The notes below the pieces were generated by a model. That model had not been told where the DNA came from. It saw only the letters and a program-made list of their open reading frames with translations, and made no database searches. From Longimicrobiales bacterium (lineage in GTDB: Bacteria > Gemmatimonadota > Gemmatimonadetes > Longimicrobiales > Gaopeijiaceae), in NCBI GenBank assembly GCA_963664435.2, contig CAXXKM010000003.1, positions 1,536,001-1,600,000 on the forward strand: a stretch of 64,000 bases of DNA, in the 5' to 3' direction. Below, in pieces: positions 18,539 to 28,726 of this stretch (the stretch's first letter is position 1; the number at the start of each line of letters is the position of its first letter). Both the position numbers and the translations under genes were made by a program.

Positions 18539-20278
18539 TCATCTGCTCTCCACGCGATCCAGGAATGGCGCCACCTCCAGCAGCACGATGTCGTCGCGCC
18601 TCCGCAGTTCGCGCAGGAAGGGGCCCTTGTGGCCCGCGCCGTAGGTCAGCAGAAAGCGAGCCCCCTCGCCCCGGTGCCGGTCGAGCGCGCGCTCGATGTT
18701 CGCCCAGTGCGAGGCGTTGATGGCGTCCCAGCCTCCCGGACCCAGGTCGGCGTCGAAAAGACGCGCGTACGCCTGCATGCGGATGTCGTAGGCTTCGTCG
18801 TAGGCATCGGTGTGGATCCAGCGGGGATCGTCCCCTGCGCCGGCGGCCAGCGCCTCGGCCGAAGCCGCCGCCGCGGCCTGGTATTCGGCCCACGATTCAG
18901 CCCGCTCCGGGTCGCGCGAGTACGCATCGAGATACGCCGCCCGGAAGTCGGACATCGGCTCCGTCCATCCCGCCGTGGGGATGACCTGGAAGTCCAGCTC
19001 GCGCGTCAGCGGAAAGAGCCCATCCATGTATTCCGGAAAGAGGCGCGTGCGGGGCTCCTCGACGGTCCCCGAAGCCCGGTATTCGGACCAGGCCCGGTCC
19101 CAGCGGTTCGGCGGGATCTCGGTGAGCCAGTAGTCGGGATCGATTTCGCGGATCAGGTCCCGGACGACCTCGAGGCTGAAGGCTTCGCTGGTGACGTGCC
19201 CGCCGTGGATCATGCCCAGGACGACGACTTCGCTGGCGAGGGAAGGGACATCGCCCGGAGCCGGAATCAACTCCACCAGGGTGCCCGAGATCTCGTTGGC
19301 GACGAACACCCGCTCGCCGTCCGGGTGCGCCCGCACCACGATGGGCTGCTCCCCCACCTCGAGGGTCTGCACGACCGCCCGCGATGCCAGATCCACCACC
19401 GAAACGGTGCTCCCGCCCGCGTTGTTGACCACGGCGTGGCGGCCGTCGCCGGGGACGACCACGGAAAAGGGCCGCGGACCGAGTCCCTCGGACACACGGC
19501 CGGTGACCGCGAAGGATGCCGTGTTCACGAACACCAGCTCGTTCGATTCGCCGCACGCCACGACGTAGGTGACCTGGTCGGGCGTGAGCGCGCCCCCGGG
19601 CGGGCCGGGACACACCTCAACCGTGGCGTCGGTCTCCATGTTCAGCAGGTCGATCACCGACACCGTGCCCGCATCCAGGTTGGGTAGGAAGGCGTGCGAG
19701 CCGTCCCACATGACGTCGGCCGGGTAGGGCCGTTCGCCGGTCTGGTGAGACGTGATGGGCACGCCGGACTCCGCGTCCACGACCCACAGCAGGTCCGCGA
19801 ACTCGGAAGTGACCCAGGTGCGTCCCCGCACCGTCCCCGGTGAGAACAGCGACGGGCCCGAGCCCACGTTCCATACGGCACCGTCCACGATTCGTCCCTC
19901 GGCGTCGAGCCTGATGAGGGTCGAGTCGCGGAACTGGCTCACGAGCCAGCCATCGCCCACCCGTACCAGGTCGAGCGGGGTCGAACCCGCGTCCCAGCGA
20001 GCCACGACCGCGCCCGCGGCGAGATCCACGACCCCGATTTGCCCGTCCCCGCTCAGCGCGACGTACGCCGTGTCGCCGTCGCCGCTGAACCGGACGCCGT
20101 GGGGGGCCGCGCCCACCTCGATCGTGGCGCCGATTCGGAATGGCCCCCGCGTCTCGCCGGACGGGCCTGTCTCCCGGCATCCCGGCGCCGCCACGATCGC
20201 GGCCGCCACCGCGACAACCCTGCACGCGGCGACGACGGGGGATCCAGGTGGCCGGCCTCGGAAATGATCCGTCATCAA
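18539..20278 (-). CDS. YncE/YVTN-like beta-propeller lipoprotein with C-terminal TraB/Tiki-like domain
   Basis: Lipobox-like APGC; repeated VG..P..V and GTVSVIDL blades; C-terminal VLGMIH, TEIPP and YGAGH motifs. Confidence 0.65.
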   Translation of the reverse strand: MMTDHFRGRPPGSPVVAACRVVAVAAAIVAAPGCRETGPSGETRGPFRIGATIEVGAAPHGVRFSGDGDTAYVALSGDGQIGVVDLAAGAVVARWDAGSTPLDLVRVGDGWLVSQFRDSTLIRLDAEGRIVDGAVWNVGSGPSLFSPGTVRGRTWVTSEFADLLWVVDAESGVPITSHQTGERPYPADVMWDGSHAFLPNLDAGTVSVIDLLNMETDATVEVCPGPPGGALTPDQVTYVVACGESNELVFVNTASFAVTGRVSEGLGPRPFSVVVPGDGRHAVVNNAGGSTVSVVDLASRAVVQTLEVGEQPIVVRAHPDGERVFVANEISGTLVELIPAPGDVPSLASEVVVLGMIHGGHVTSEAFSLEVVRDLIREIDPDYWLTEIPPNRWDRAWSEYRASGTVEEPRTRLFPEYMDGLFPLTRELDFQVIPTAGWTEPMSDFRAAYLDAYSRDPERAESWAEYQAAAAASAEALAAGAGDDPRWIHTDAYDEAYDIRMQAYARLFDADLGPGGWDAINASHWANIERALDRHRGEGARFLLTYGAGHKGPFLRELRRRDDIVLLEVAPFLDRVESR

Positions 20279-20409
20279 GTATCGTACCTCCGCCGACCTG
20301 GCCGCGCGGTCAATCCCGCCCCTGCCGCCGGCCGCTTGTGAAACAGGCGTTCATAGTGTCAAGTAATCAGGTGCGGCGCATCCAACCCACCAACCCGGAC
20401 ATCCCGCGA

Positions 20410-21144
20410 ATGCCATCTTCCCGCCACGACCTCCATCTTCACGAACAGCTTCTGCTCCTGGTGCTGCGCGACCGCAAGGGGACGGTGGACTACCGCGCCG
20501 GCTTCTACAATCTCGCCATGGGCGGAGCCATCCTCGCCGAACTCGCGCTTGCGGGGGTCATTCGCATCGAGGAGAGCAAGAAGGCGTTCGTCGAAGCCGC
20601 GCCGGTTACGGGCCATCCGCGGGACGAGATCATGGCCGAGGCCCTCGACCGGGTGCGCAATTCGAAGAGACGTCGCCGCGCCTCCGCCTGGGTCTCGACC
20701 TTCGGCAACCTCAAGCGCCTCCGGCACCGGACCGCACTCGGGCTCTGCCGGCGGGGCATCCTGCGCACGAAGGAGTCTCAGATCCTGCTGGTCTTCAGGC
20801 GCAAGCTCTATCCCACCATCGATCCGGGGCCCGAGCGCAAGCTGATCGCAAGCCTGCGGGACGCCGTCATGGACGATGGCGAGATCGAGGCCGGGCTGGG
20901 CGTCGTGCTCTCCCTGGCCCACGCCACCGGCTCTCTCCGGATCCACTTCGAGCGCAAGGAACTCAAGGTGCGCAAGGCGCGCCTGAAGGCCATCACTGCC
21001 GGAGAGCCCTTCACGGTCGGCACCGGTCACCCCGCCATTGCGGCCCGGAAGGCGGTCAGGGCATCGGTTGCGGCTGCCCAGGCCGCGGTGGCCGCCGCCG
21101 AGGCCGCGGTCGTGGCCAGCATCGCCGCGTCCTCGTCGAGCTGA
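20410..21144 (+). CDS. GPP34 / GOLPH3-Vps74 family protein
   Basis: LHEQLLLLVLRDRKG, GGAILAELALAGVI and LCRRGIL..ILLVF...YP motifs. Confidence 0.85.
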   Translation: MPSSRHDLHLHEQLLLLVLRDRKGTVDYRAGFYNLAMGGAILAELALAGVIRIEESKKAFVEAAPVTGHPRDEIMAEALDRVRNSKRRRRASAWVSTFGNLKRLRHRTALGLCRRGILRTKESQILLVFRRKLYPTIDPGPERKLIASLRDAVMDDGEIEAGLGVVLSLAHATGSLRIHFERKELKVRKARLKAITAGEPFTVGTGHPAIAARKAVRASVAAAQAAVAAAEAAVVASIAASSSS

Positions 21145-22164
21145 TCAGGCGGGCTGCAGCTCCCTCAGGTCCCTGAACCGGATCAGCCGGCGCCGGTCCT
21201 CGTCCCACAGCGCCAGGTTGATGAGCCTCAGGGTGTCCCGAACGCGGACTTCGCGCACCGCATGGAACTCCTCGTTCTCCTCGTGCGCCCGCCGGAGCTT
21301 GTAGTTGGGGATGCGCATGCTCATGTGGTGCACGTGGTGGAAGCCGATGTTCGCCGAAAGCCATCTGAACGGAGCAGGAAGGTTGAGATACGAGCTTCCG
21401 TAAAGTGAAGCGTCGTAGTAGTCCCAGTCTTCGTGCCTGTCCCAGTAGGTCCGCTCGAACTGGTGCTGCACGTAGAACATCCAGACGCCGGCCATGGAAG
21501 CGATCAGCTGCACGGGTGCGTGAGTCAGCAGAAGACGCCCGTATCCAATCGTCTCGCCCAGCAGCAACACCACCGCCACCAGCGCCACGTTCGTCCAGAA
21601 CACGCTCTGCCAGGCCTTCTTCCACTTCGCCGGGGCATCCCAGGGGAACCTGTGCTTCATCAGGAAGATGAACAGGGGCCCCAGCACGAAGAGCACGAAC
21701 GGATGCCGGTACAGCCTGTAGCGCAGCCGGCGATACCAGGGCCAGGACAGGTATTCTCGCACCGTGAAGGTGTCGATGTCGCCGAAGCCGCGAAAATCCA
21801 GGTCGCCCGAGTGGGCGTGGTGGTAGGCGTGGGCGCGCTTCCAGTAGTCGTACGGCGTCAGGAGCAGAACGCCGATGCAGCGCCCCAGCCACTGGCGCGC
21901 CGTGTGCGAGCGGAAGAAGGATCCGTGCCCGCAATCGTGCTGGATCATGAAGAGCCGCATCATGAAGGCGGCCGTGGGAAGTGCCAGCAGGATGGTGAGC
22001 CAGTATCCTACCTCGAGACTGCGCAGGGTGGCATACCAGAGCCCCACGAAAGGGATGGCGGAGGTGAGCAGCTGTCGAACGCTGGCGCGGGTGTCAGGGC
22101 CCCAGTACGGCTTGAGGATGGCGTTCCAGCGGGCGACCTTGTCGCGGTCGGGCACAATCGGCAT
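21145..22164 (-). CDS. membrane fatty acid desaturase (Des-like)
   Basis: His boxes HDCGH, HAYHH and HHVHH; FYVQHQFE; RIPNYKL. Confidence 0.92.
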   Translation of the reverse strand: MPIVPDRDKVARWNAILKPYWGPDTRASVRQLLTSAIPFVGLWYATLRSLEVGYWLTILLALPTAAFMMRLFMIQHDCGHGSFFRSHTARQWLGRCIGVLLLTPYDYWKRAHAYHHAHSGDLDFRGFGDIDTFTVREYLSWPWYRRLRYRLYRHPFVLFVLGPLFIFLMKHRFPWDAPAKWKKAWQSVFWTNVALVAVVLLLGETIGYGRLLLTHAPVQLIASMAGVWMFYVQHQFERTYWDRHEDWDYYDASLYGSSYLNLPAPFRWLSANIGFHHVHHMSMRIPNYKLRRAHEENEEFHAVREVRVRDTLRLINLALWDEDRRRLIRFRDLRELQPA

Positions 22165-22228
22165 GGTCTGGTACGGTAAGGGGAACCGGGTGGGGTGGGT
22201 TGTTGACCCCGGGGCAGTGACGCGGCGC

Positions 22229-23827
22229 TCAGCGCCGGATCATCTCCCCGGGCAGAGGCGGAGCGTGCACCGGATCGCGGCGCACCCGGGTCGCCTGCTC
22301 GAACGCGTAGCCCAGCGCAAAAAGACGGGATTCGCTGAAGGGCCGGCCGAAGAACGAGATCCCGACCGGCAGCCGGTTGCTCGTATAGCCGGCCGGCACG
22401 ATCAGGTCGGGCAGCCCGCTCAGGTTGGCGAGGTTGGTGGCGGACGGTGAAGGGTTGGGTGACGACGAACCCCGGTACACCCCTGCCTGGCCGGGTCGGG
22501 TCGGGGAGGTGGGGTAGACGATGGCGTCGAGGTCGTTGGCGTCCAGCAGCCCCTCCAGGTTCGCGCGCACCAGCGGCAGACCGTGGTCGCGCATCGCCCT
22601 GTACAGGTAGTCGTCGGGCGTGCCGGTGTTCAGCTCCTGCTCGAAGAGGCGCCAGCGGGTGGGGTTGGGCACGCCGCCCTCCGGGGGCGCCGCGAGAATC
22701 TTCGTGGCGCGCTCGATCATCTCCTCGAGCGTGCGCGGATACCCGGGCGCCAGGTCGGCGAGGTACGCCTCGATCTGCGGCTTGAACTCGCGCCAGCGGA
22801 TGGTCTGGTAGTACTGCGCCTTGGCCTGGAGCAGCCATGGCGGGTAGCGTACGTCCACCACCGTCGCCCCGGCGGCGCGCATGGCCTCCAGCCCCGCTTC
22901 GATGATCCAGTCGACCTCGTCGTCGTAGCCGAGAAAGTCGCGCGCGACGCCGATGCGGGCTCCGTCCAGCGCGTCCGCGTCCAGGAAGGCGGTGTAGTCG
23001 GTCTCGGAGCGGCCTTCGCTGGCCTCCGTCGCCTCGTCGGCGGGGTCCACGCCGACCATCACGTTCATCATCGCCGCGACATCGTAGACGTGGCGCGCCA
23101 TCGGACCGGCCGTGTCGAAGGAGAGCGCGAGGGGCACGATGCCGTCGCGGCTGAGCAGCCCGTGGGTGGGCTTGAGCCCGGCGATGCCGTTGGCGGTGGA
23201 GGGGCCGCGCACGGAGCCTCCGGTGTCGGTGCCGATCCCGAGCTGCCCGTACGAGGCGGCGACAGCCACGCCGGTCCCGCCGGAGGAGCCGGACGGGTTG
23301 CGGGTCAGGTCGTGCGGATTCCGCATGGGGCCGCCGACGGAACTGAGCTGCACCCCTGAGGCGAACTCGCTCATGTTGACCTTCGCCAGGATGATGGCGC
23401 CGGCGTCCCGCAGCTTCTGCACGATGAAGGCGTCGTCGGGCGGGACGGAGCCCTTCAGCAGGAGCGAGCCCGCGGTGGTCGGCATGTCGTCGGTGTCAAC
23501 GTTGTCCTTGAGCAGCACCGGGATGCCGTGCAGGAGGGAGCGAGGCCCCCGGCTCCGTCGCTCTTCGTCAAGCGCCCGCGCCGTCTCGAGCGCCCGCGGG
23601 TTGAGCGTCAGGATGGCGTTGAGCCTCGGCCCCCGGGCGTCGTACGCCTCGATGCGCGCCAGGTAGAGTTCGACCAGCTCCTCCGAGCTGAGCGAGCCCG
23701 CGTCGAAGGCCGCGTTGATGTCGGCGATGGTGGCCTCGGACAGGGCTATGGACTGGGCGTCAGCGCCCACAGGCAGGACGGCCGCAGCCAGCCAGACGAG
23801 CGCGCGGCGGATCGAGAAGCGATTCAT
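22229..23827 (-). CDS. secreted amidase-signature family protein
   Basis: LHGIPVLLKDN, GSSGGTG and GTDTGGSVRGPS motifs; signal peptide. Confidence 0.92.
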   Translation of the reverse strand: MNRFSIRRALVWLAAAVLPVGADAQSIALSEATIADINAAFDAGSLSSEELVELYLARIEAYDARGPRLNAILTLNPRALETARALDEERRSRGPRSLLHGIPVLLKDNVDTDDMPTTAGSLLLKGSVPPDDAFIVQKLRDAGAIILAKVNMSEFASGVQLSSVGGPMRNPHDLTRNPSGSSGGTGVAVAASYGQLGIGTDTGGSVRGPSTANGIAGLKPTHGLLSRDGIVPLALSFDTAGPMARHVYDVAAMMNVMVGVDPADEATEASEGRSETDYTAFLDADALDGARIGVARDFLGYDDEVDWIIEAGLEAMRAAGATVVDVRYPPWLLQAKAQYYQTIRWREFKPQIEAYLADLAPGYPRTLEEMIERATKILAAPPEGGVPNPTRWRLFEQELNTGTPDDYLYRAMRDHGLPLVRANLEGLLDANDLDAIVYPTSPTRPGQAGVYRGSSSPNPSPSATNLANLSGLPDLIVPAGYTSNRLPVGISFFGRPFSESRLFALGYAFEQATRVRRDPVHAPPLPGEMIRR

Positions 23828-23832
23828 GGGCC

Positions 23833-25089
23833 TCAGCGGCTGGATCGGAAGAAGCGGTCGGAAAGGGTCAGCAGCAACGGCGTGCCCACCGTCATCGTGA
23901 CGACGCCGCCGATCCGGAGGGCGTGGCTGTCATACTCCGGATCCTCGCCGTGCATCAGCATCACGTATCCCGCGGTCGTCGAGATCAGTCCGGCCATCGC
24001 GACGTGAAAGAAGCGCCCGCGCGATCGCCGCGTGCTCCCGGAGCGCGTCGCGGCGAGGCTGCCGGCGGCGCCGGGCAGGCTCAGCGCGAACACGCCCGTC
24101 GCCATCGTCGTCAGCGCTCCGCACTGAGTGTCAAACTGCGTGCCGTGCTCGGAGGATGCCATCCCCACGCATTGCTTCAGGGTCAGGTACCCGAGTCCCA
24201 CGCCCAGCGCGTTGGCGAGAACCGTGCTCCCGAAGACCTTCGCCGACGGGTGCGACTCCTCCTCCAGCGACCAGTCGTAGGCTCGCCTGGACGAGCTGCG
24301 GAACGGGTTTTGCCGCTCCGGAAGCCGCGCCAACCGGGACTCGATCAGGAGGGCTCCGCGCGCGCCTCGGTCGCCGTAGCGGATCACGGCCTCCAGAGGC
24401 GAGAGGACCTCGACACGTTCGAGATCGTCCAGGGAGAGACTCGAATAGATCTGCCCGGGATCCGCCACCGCCACCCCGTCCAGATACACGGCGATCTCGT
24501 CACACTCGCCGGCTCCGCTGCGCCGGTACTCCACGCACAGCCGGTCACCGCCCCTGGAGGCGCCGCGGACGCGTATGCCGGACATGCCGCCGCGCAGCAA
24601 ATCCCCAAGGTGCTGGCCGCTCCGGGCTGCCTGCTCGATTTCCTCCGCGGGAATCTCGTTGACGCTGAATCCGGACGTGAGGCGGCGGCGCTCGACTTCG
24701 CTGAGCGCCTCGACCACGATGGGCTGGAACTGGATGGCGCGCGGCGACATGAACGCCTCGATCCTCAGGTCCCTTCCCTGCTCGACGCCCACATGCTGGG
24801 CGTACTCTCCGTAGGCGATGTGCTCCAGCACCACCACGCGCTCGCCCACGGGGACGTCTTCCATGAGAAAGGTGCCGTTCTCGCCGGAGATCTCCTGCAG
24901 CACTCCGTCCGGCACGCTGATGCGGACCATCACCCCCGCAACCGGCTGGAAGGTGTCCTGGTCGACGATGCGGCCGAAGACACTGCCCGTGCCCGGCGCC
25001 GCTTCGGCATCCTGGGCGCTCGCCGGTGCGGTCAGCAGCAACGGGAGGATCGCGAGCGCGCTCTGGAGCCACCGAACCGTTGGTTTCAC
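23833..25089 (-). CDS. carboxypeptidase-regulatory-like + TonB plug-like domain protein with hydrophobic C-terminus
   Basis: GTG start with GGAGAGG RBS; signal peptide; GRIVDQDT..PVAGV; YLDGV..DLERVEVL..A..RYG..GALLI plug signature; no barrel. Confidence 0.7.
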   Translation of the reverse strand: MKPTVRWLQSALAILPLLLTAPASAQDAEAAPGTGSVFGRIVDQDTFQPVAGVMVRISVPDGVLQEISGENGTFLMEDVPVGERVVVLEHIAYGEYAQHVGVEQGRDLRIEAFMSPRAIQFQPIVVEALSEVERRRLTSGFSVNEIPAEEIEQAARSGQHLGDLLRGGMSGIRVRGASRGGDRLCVEYRRSGAGECDEIAVYLDGVAVADPGQIYSSLSLDDLERVEVLSPLEAVIRYGDRGARGALLIESRLARLPERQNPFRSSSRRAYDWSLEEESHPSAKVFGSTVLANALGVGLGYLTLKQCVGMASSEHGTQFDTQCGALTTMATGVFALSLPGAAGSLAATRSGSTRRSRGRFFHVAMAGLISTTAGYVMLMHGEDPEYDSHALRIGGVVTMTVGTPLLLTLSDRFFRSSR

Positions 25090-25154
25090 TTCCTCTCCCG
25101 TTGATTGTGGCGGGGGAATCCGCCGCCGGGAAATGTACGGCCCCTTCCCTGCCC

Positions 25155-26291
25155 TCAAAAGATGTTGGCCTCGACGGGGATGTCCTCGCCGAAGCGATCG
25201 TGGCGGAAAGCGCTCACGTCGACGGTATGCGCTTCGCCGTCCGCGATGAGCTCCGACACCGCGCATCCCGTGGCCGGGGCGTGCATGATCCCGTGCCCGG
25301 AGAAGCCGCACGCGTCGATCCAGCCGCGGGCCCCCGGGTTGAAGCCGATGATGGGGCTGTTGTCCGGCGTGACCCCGTAGTACCCCCACCAGCTCCCCCG
25401 GCGGTCGACGCCGAGGTCCTCCCACCAGGGGAAGCGCTCGACGCCCGTGAGGAAGACATGCTCGAGCCAGTCCCAGTTCACCCCCTCGGTGAAGCCGTAT
25501 GCCTGGGTGAGGTCGTCCAGGCCGAAAAGAACGCGGTCGCCTTCGCTGCGCAGATAAACGCCGGTGGCGAGGTCGATGGTGAGGGGATAGGTGCGGGTGT
25601 CGCGCACGGGCGCGCTGAGAAAGATGTTGATGCGCTTGGGCCCCACCGGCACATTCAGCCCGGCCAGCTCGGCGACGGCGCCCGACCAGGCGCCCGCGGC
25701 GTTCACGAAGTGCGCGCACGACAAGGTCTCCCCGCCGCACCCGACCCTCCACCCCGTTCCTTCCGCCCTCACCCCGGTCACGGGGGAGGAGAACCGGTAG
25801 CGCACCCCCAGCTCCCGGCCCATCGCCACCCAGGCGTGCGTGGCCATGTGCGGGTCGATCACCCCGTCCCACGGCCCGTAGGTCGTTCCCGCCAGCCCGT
25901 CCGTCTCGAAGTCCACGTAGCGCTGGGCCTCGACCGGATCGACCACCTCCACGGGGGCGCCCAGGCTCTCCTGCAGCGCGACCGACTCCAGGTGCCGCTC
26001 CCACTTGTCGTGCGGGACCAGAAGCAGGTAACCGATGTCCCGGTAGCCGACCTCGTGTCCATGACGCTCCGGAAACTCCCGATACACGGGGAGGGAGTAC
26101 ATGGAAAGCCCGATGTTCGCGGCGGTTGTGAACTGTACCCGCACGCCCGCAGCGCTCCTGCCGGTGGAGCCCATCGCGGGCGCCACGTCCATCTCGGCCA
26201 CCAGCACGCTCAGGCCGCGGCGGGCCAGGTGCCAGGCGCAGGAGGCACCCATGATGCCGGCGCCGGCGACGACGACGTCGGGGTTCTTCAA
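25155..26291 (-). CDS. FAD-dependent oxidoreductase (DAO / sarcosine oxidase beta-like)
   Basis: VVVAGAGIMGAS, GSTGRSAAGVR, TPDNSPIIG and GFSGHGIMHAP motifs. Confidence 0.9.
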   Translation of the reverse strand: MKNPDVVVAGAGIMGASCAWHLARRGLSVLVAEMDVAPAMGSTGRSAAGVRVQFTTAANIGLSMYSLPVYREFPERHGHEVGYRDIGYLLLVPHDKWERHLESVALQESLGAPVEVVDPVEAQRYVDFETDGLAGTTYGPWDGVIDPHMATHAWVAMGRELGVRYRFSSPVTGVRAEGTGWRVGCGGETLSCAHFVNAAGAWSGAVAELAGLNVPVGPKRINIFLSAPVRDTRTYPLTIDLATGVYLRSEGDRVLFGLDDLTQAYGFTEGVNWDWLEHVFLTGVERFPWWEDLGVDRRGSWWGYYGVTPDNSPIIGFNPGARGWIDACGFSGHGIMHAPATGCAVSELIADGEAHTVDVSAFRHDRFGEDIPVEANIF

Positions 26292-27298
26292 TTCCCGGAC
26301 AACGCCAGCAGGCTTCGGGGATCGACGCTGGTCGTGCCGTAGCGCACCACCCAGTGCAGGTGCGGGCCGGTGACCCGTCCGGTGGCGCCCACCCGTCCGA
26401 TGGGGGTTCCGGCCTTGACGGTATCGCCGGTCGCCACCAGTTGCTCACTCAGGTGGAAGTAGCCGCTCAGCAGCCCGCCGCCGTGGTTCAGGTAGACGAT
26501 GTTGCCGGCGAGCAGAAAGCCGTCCACCAGCGCCACCACCCCGTCGGCGGCGGCCCGCACGGTGTCCCCGGGCAGCCCGGCCAGGTCGAGCCCCATGTGC
26601 CGGCTGGAGATCTGCCCGTTGAACTCGCGGCCGGTGCCGAAGCCGCTGGTCACGCGGGAGTCGCGCGGCAACACCACCTCGGGGCTCCAGAGTCTGGGCG
26701 CGGCGTGTGCCTCCCGCGCCACCTGGTTGGCCTTGGCCTGGTCTTGCCGCAGCCGCGCCTGGTCCTCCTCGTTGAGCGGCGACCCGAAGCGCGGCGCCAC
26801 CGTCAGGCGCTCGTGCTCGTACTCGCCCTCCATGATCGCGATGCGCACCGAATCGGTCTGGGTGCGGCCGTCCGCGTAGCTCGCCGTCACCCACGCGTCG
26901 ATAGAATCCGTGGCCCCGATGGGAACCGGCGCCAGGCTCGCCAGCACCGTGTGGGCGGGTGTTGCCTCGTCTGCGGATGTTGGCTCCTCTGCGGATGCCG
27001 CTCCGTTGGTCGCAGGGACAGGGCCGGCCGACTGGAAGTGCAGCTCCTCGCCCCCGGCCTCGCCCGTGGCCGACACCAACCCGTCCACCCCCGGCGCCGC
27101 CACGCGGATGAGGAAGAGATGGCCCTGAACCGGGAGCACCGGCTCCCAGCCAACCTCGATGGGCGCCAGCTCCGGCAGCGGGGGTTCCCGGAAGCTGAGA
27201 AACAGCAATCCCGCCACCCCGGTCAGCGCCAGACCCGCGAGCCCGGTCCACACGCCGCCGTGCGGCCTCCTTCTCCGGTTGGGCGCGGCCATCGCCAT
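26288..27298 (-). CDS. M23 family metallopeptidase
   Basis: HMGLD, YFHLS and TGPHLHW motifs; N-terminal TM segment. Confidence 0.92.
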   Translation of the reverse strand: MAMAAPNRRRRPHGGVWTGLAGLALTGVAGLLFLSFREPPLPELAPIEVGWEPVLPVQGHLFLIRVAAPGVDGLVSATGEAGGEELHFQSAGPVPATNGAASAEEPTSADEATPAHTVLASLAPVPIGATDSIDAWVTASYADGRTQTDSVRIAIMEGEYEHERLTVAPRFGSPLNEEDQARLRQDQAKANQVAREAHAAPRLWSPEVVLPRDSRVTSGFGTGREFNGQISSRHMGLDLAGLPGDTVRAAADGVVALVDGFLLAGNIVYLNHGGGLLSGYFHLSEQLVATGDTVKAGTPIGRVGATGRVTGPHLHWVVRYGTTSVDPRSLLALSGN

Positions 27299-27363
27299 CC
27301 GTCGTTCCCCCTTTCTTGCCTGTCAGTTCGACCGCGCCAGCGTCCGCGCGGCCCGTTCTCCGA

Positions 27364-27436
<73 letters not shown>

Positions 27437-27443
27437 GACCGCA

Positions 27444-27449
27444 ATTATA
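27444..27449 (-). promoter_or_regulatory. sigma70 -10 box for tRNA-Lys
   Basis: Perfect TATAAT 7 nt upstream of the tRNA 5' end in a very GC-rich context. Confidence 0.55.
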
Positions 27450-27583
27450 CAGGGCAGCCCCTCTTCCGAGCCATCTACGCCGGGACGCCCGGCTCCGCGT
27501 CCTCTCGTCTCTCTCGTCATCCCGAGCAGCCCGGGAACGAACTCCCGCCAACATTCGAGCCGGCGCTCCGGGCTCGCGCGGAT

Positions 27584-28231
27584 TCATCCACGGACCGCCA
27601 GCTCCAGCTGCTCGAGCCCGAAGGTCAGGCGATGATGGGGCGTGGGGCCGAAGCGCCGCAGCGCGGCGCGGTGCTCCTCCGTGCCGTACCCCATGTTTCG
27701 TTCCCAGCCGTACTCCGGATAGCGGGGCGCGAGGCGGGTCATGAGGCGATCGCGGCACACCTTGGCAACGATCGAGGCGCAGGCGATCGAGTGCACCAGC
27801 GCGTCCCCGCCGACCACCGCCTCGTGCTCGCAGGCGAGGTCCCGCATCCGCAGACCGTCCACCACGACGTGGTCGGGCTCCCGGGGGAGCCGGCGGATCG
27901 CCCGTTCCATGGCGCGCCCCGTCGCCCGCAGGATGTTGATCTCGTCGATCTCGCGCGCCGAGGCAGCCCCCACGGCGACGGCGACGGCCTGCTCCCGGAT
28001 CCGCCGCGCCACCTCTTCCCGTTCCTCGCGCGAAACCCGCTTGGAGTCGTCCGCGCCCTCCACGCCCACCCCCCGGGACAACACCACGGCGGCGGCCACC
28101 ACCGGACCCGCCAGCGGTCCCCGACCCGCTTCGTCCACGCCGGCGACCCCGACAAGACCGCGGCTCCAGAACCCGCGCTCGTAGTCGAGCGGGATCCGGA
28201 GCCGCGAATCAACGTTCTGTCCCGGCGTCAT
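27584..28231 (-). CDS. rnhB: ribonuclease HII
   Basis: [39 protein letters not shown] and GYGT..H motifs. Confidence 0.97.
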   Translation of the reverse strand: MTPGQNVDSRLRIPLDYERGFWSRGLVGVAGVDEAGRGPLAGPVVAAAVVLSRGVGVEGADDSKRVSREEREEVARRIREQAVAVAVGAASAREIDEINILRATGRAMERAIRRLPREPDHVVVDGLRMRDLACEHEAVVGGDALVHSIACASIVAKVCRDRLMTRLAPRYPEYGWERNMGYGTEEHRAALRRFGPTPHHRLTFGLEQLELAVRG

Positions 28232-28244
28232 CGCCGGTATGGGG

Positions 28245-28595
28245 TCAACGGGTCCGCTTCTCCGGGATGCGCGCCGCTTTCCCGCGCAAGCCGCGCAGGT
28301 AGTAGAGCTTCGCCCGTCTCACCCGCCCGCGCCGCACCACGTCGACACCCTCGATCCACGGCGACAGGTAGGGGAAGATGCGCTCCACGCCGATCCCCCC
28401 GGAGATCTTGCGCACCATGAAGGTCTCGCCCATGCCTCCGCCACGCCGGGCGATGCACACGCCTTCGAAGACCTGAATGCGCTCCTTGCGGCCCTCGCGA
28501 ACCCGGTAGCGCACGCGTACCGTGTCGCCCGCCGCGAAGGCCGGAAGATCAGTGCGCGCATGCTCCCTGTCGAGTTCCTGCAGCAGATCGGCCAT
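28245..28595 (-). CDS. rplS: 50S ribosomal protein L19
   Basis: [23 protein letters not shown] and [14 protein letters not shown] motifs; ATG 28595 with RBS. Confidence 0.98.
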   Translation of the reverse strand: MADLLQELDREHARTDLPAFAAGDTVRVRYRVREGRKERIQVFEGVCIARRGGGMGETFMVRKISGGIGVERIFPYLSPWIEGVDVVRRGRVRRAKLYYLRGLRGKAARIPEKRTR

Positions 28596-28726
28596 GTCCA
28601 CCCCCTCAGGCGCTGTTCAGCCGAGAAGTGTTATCGATGCGTATCGGTTGCGCCACAGGGGAGGCATCCCCCGTGCAGCATGAAAAGCTAACGCGACCCG
28701 ATTCATCCGTGAAGGCCGGGGGTCCG

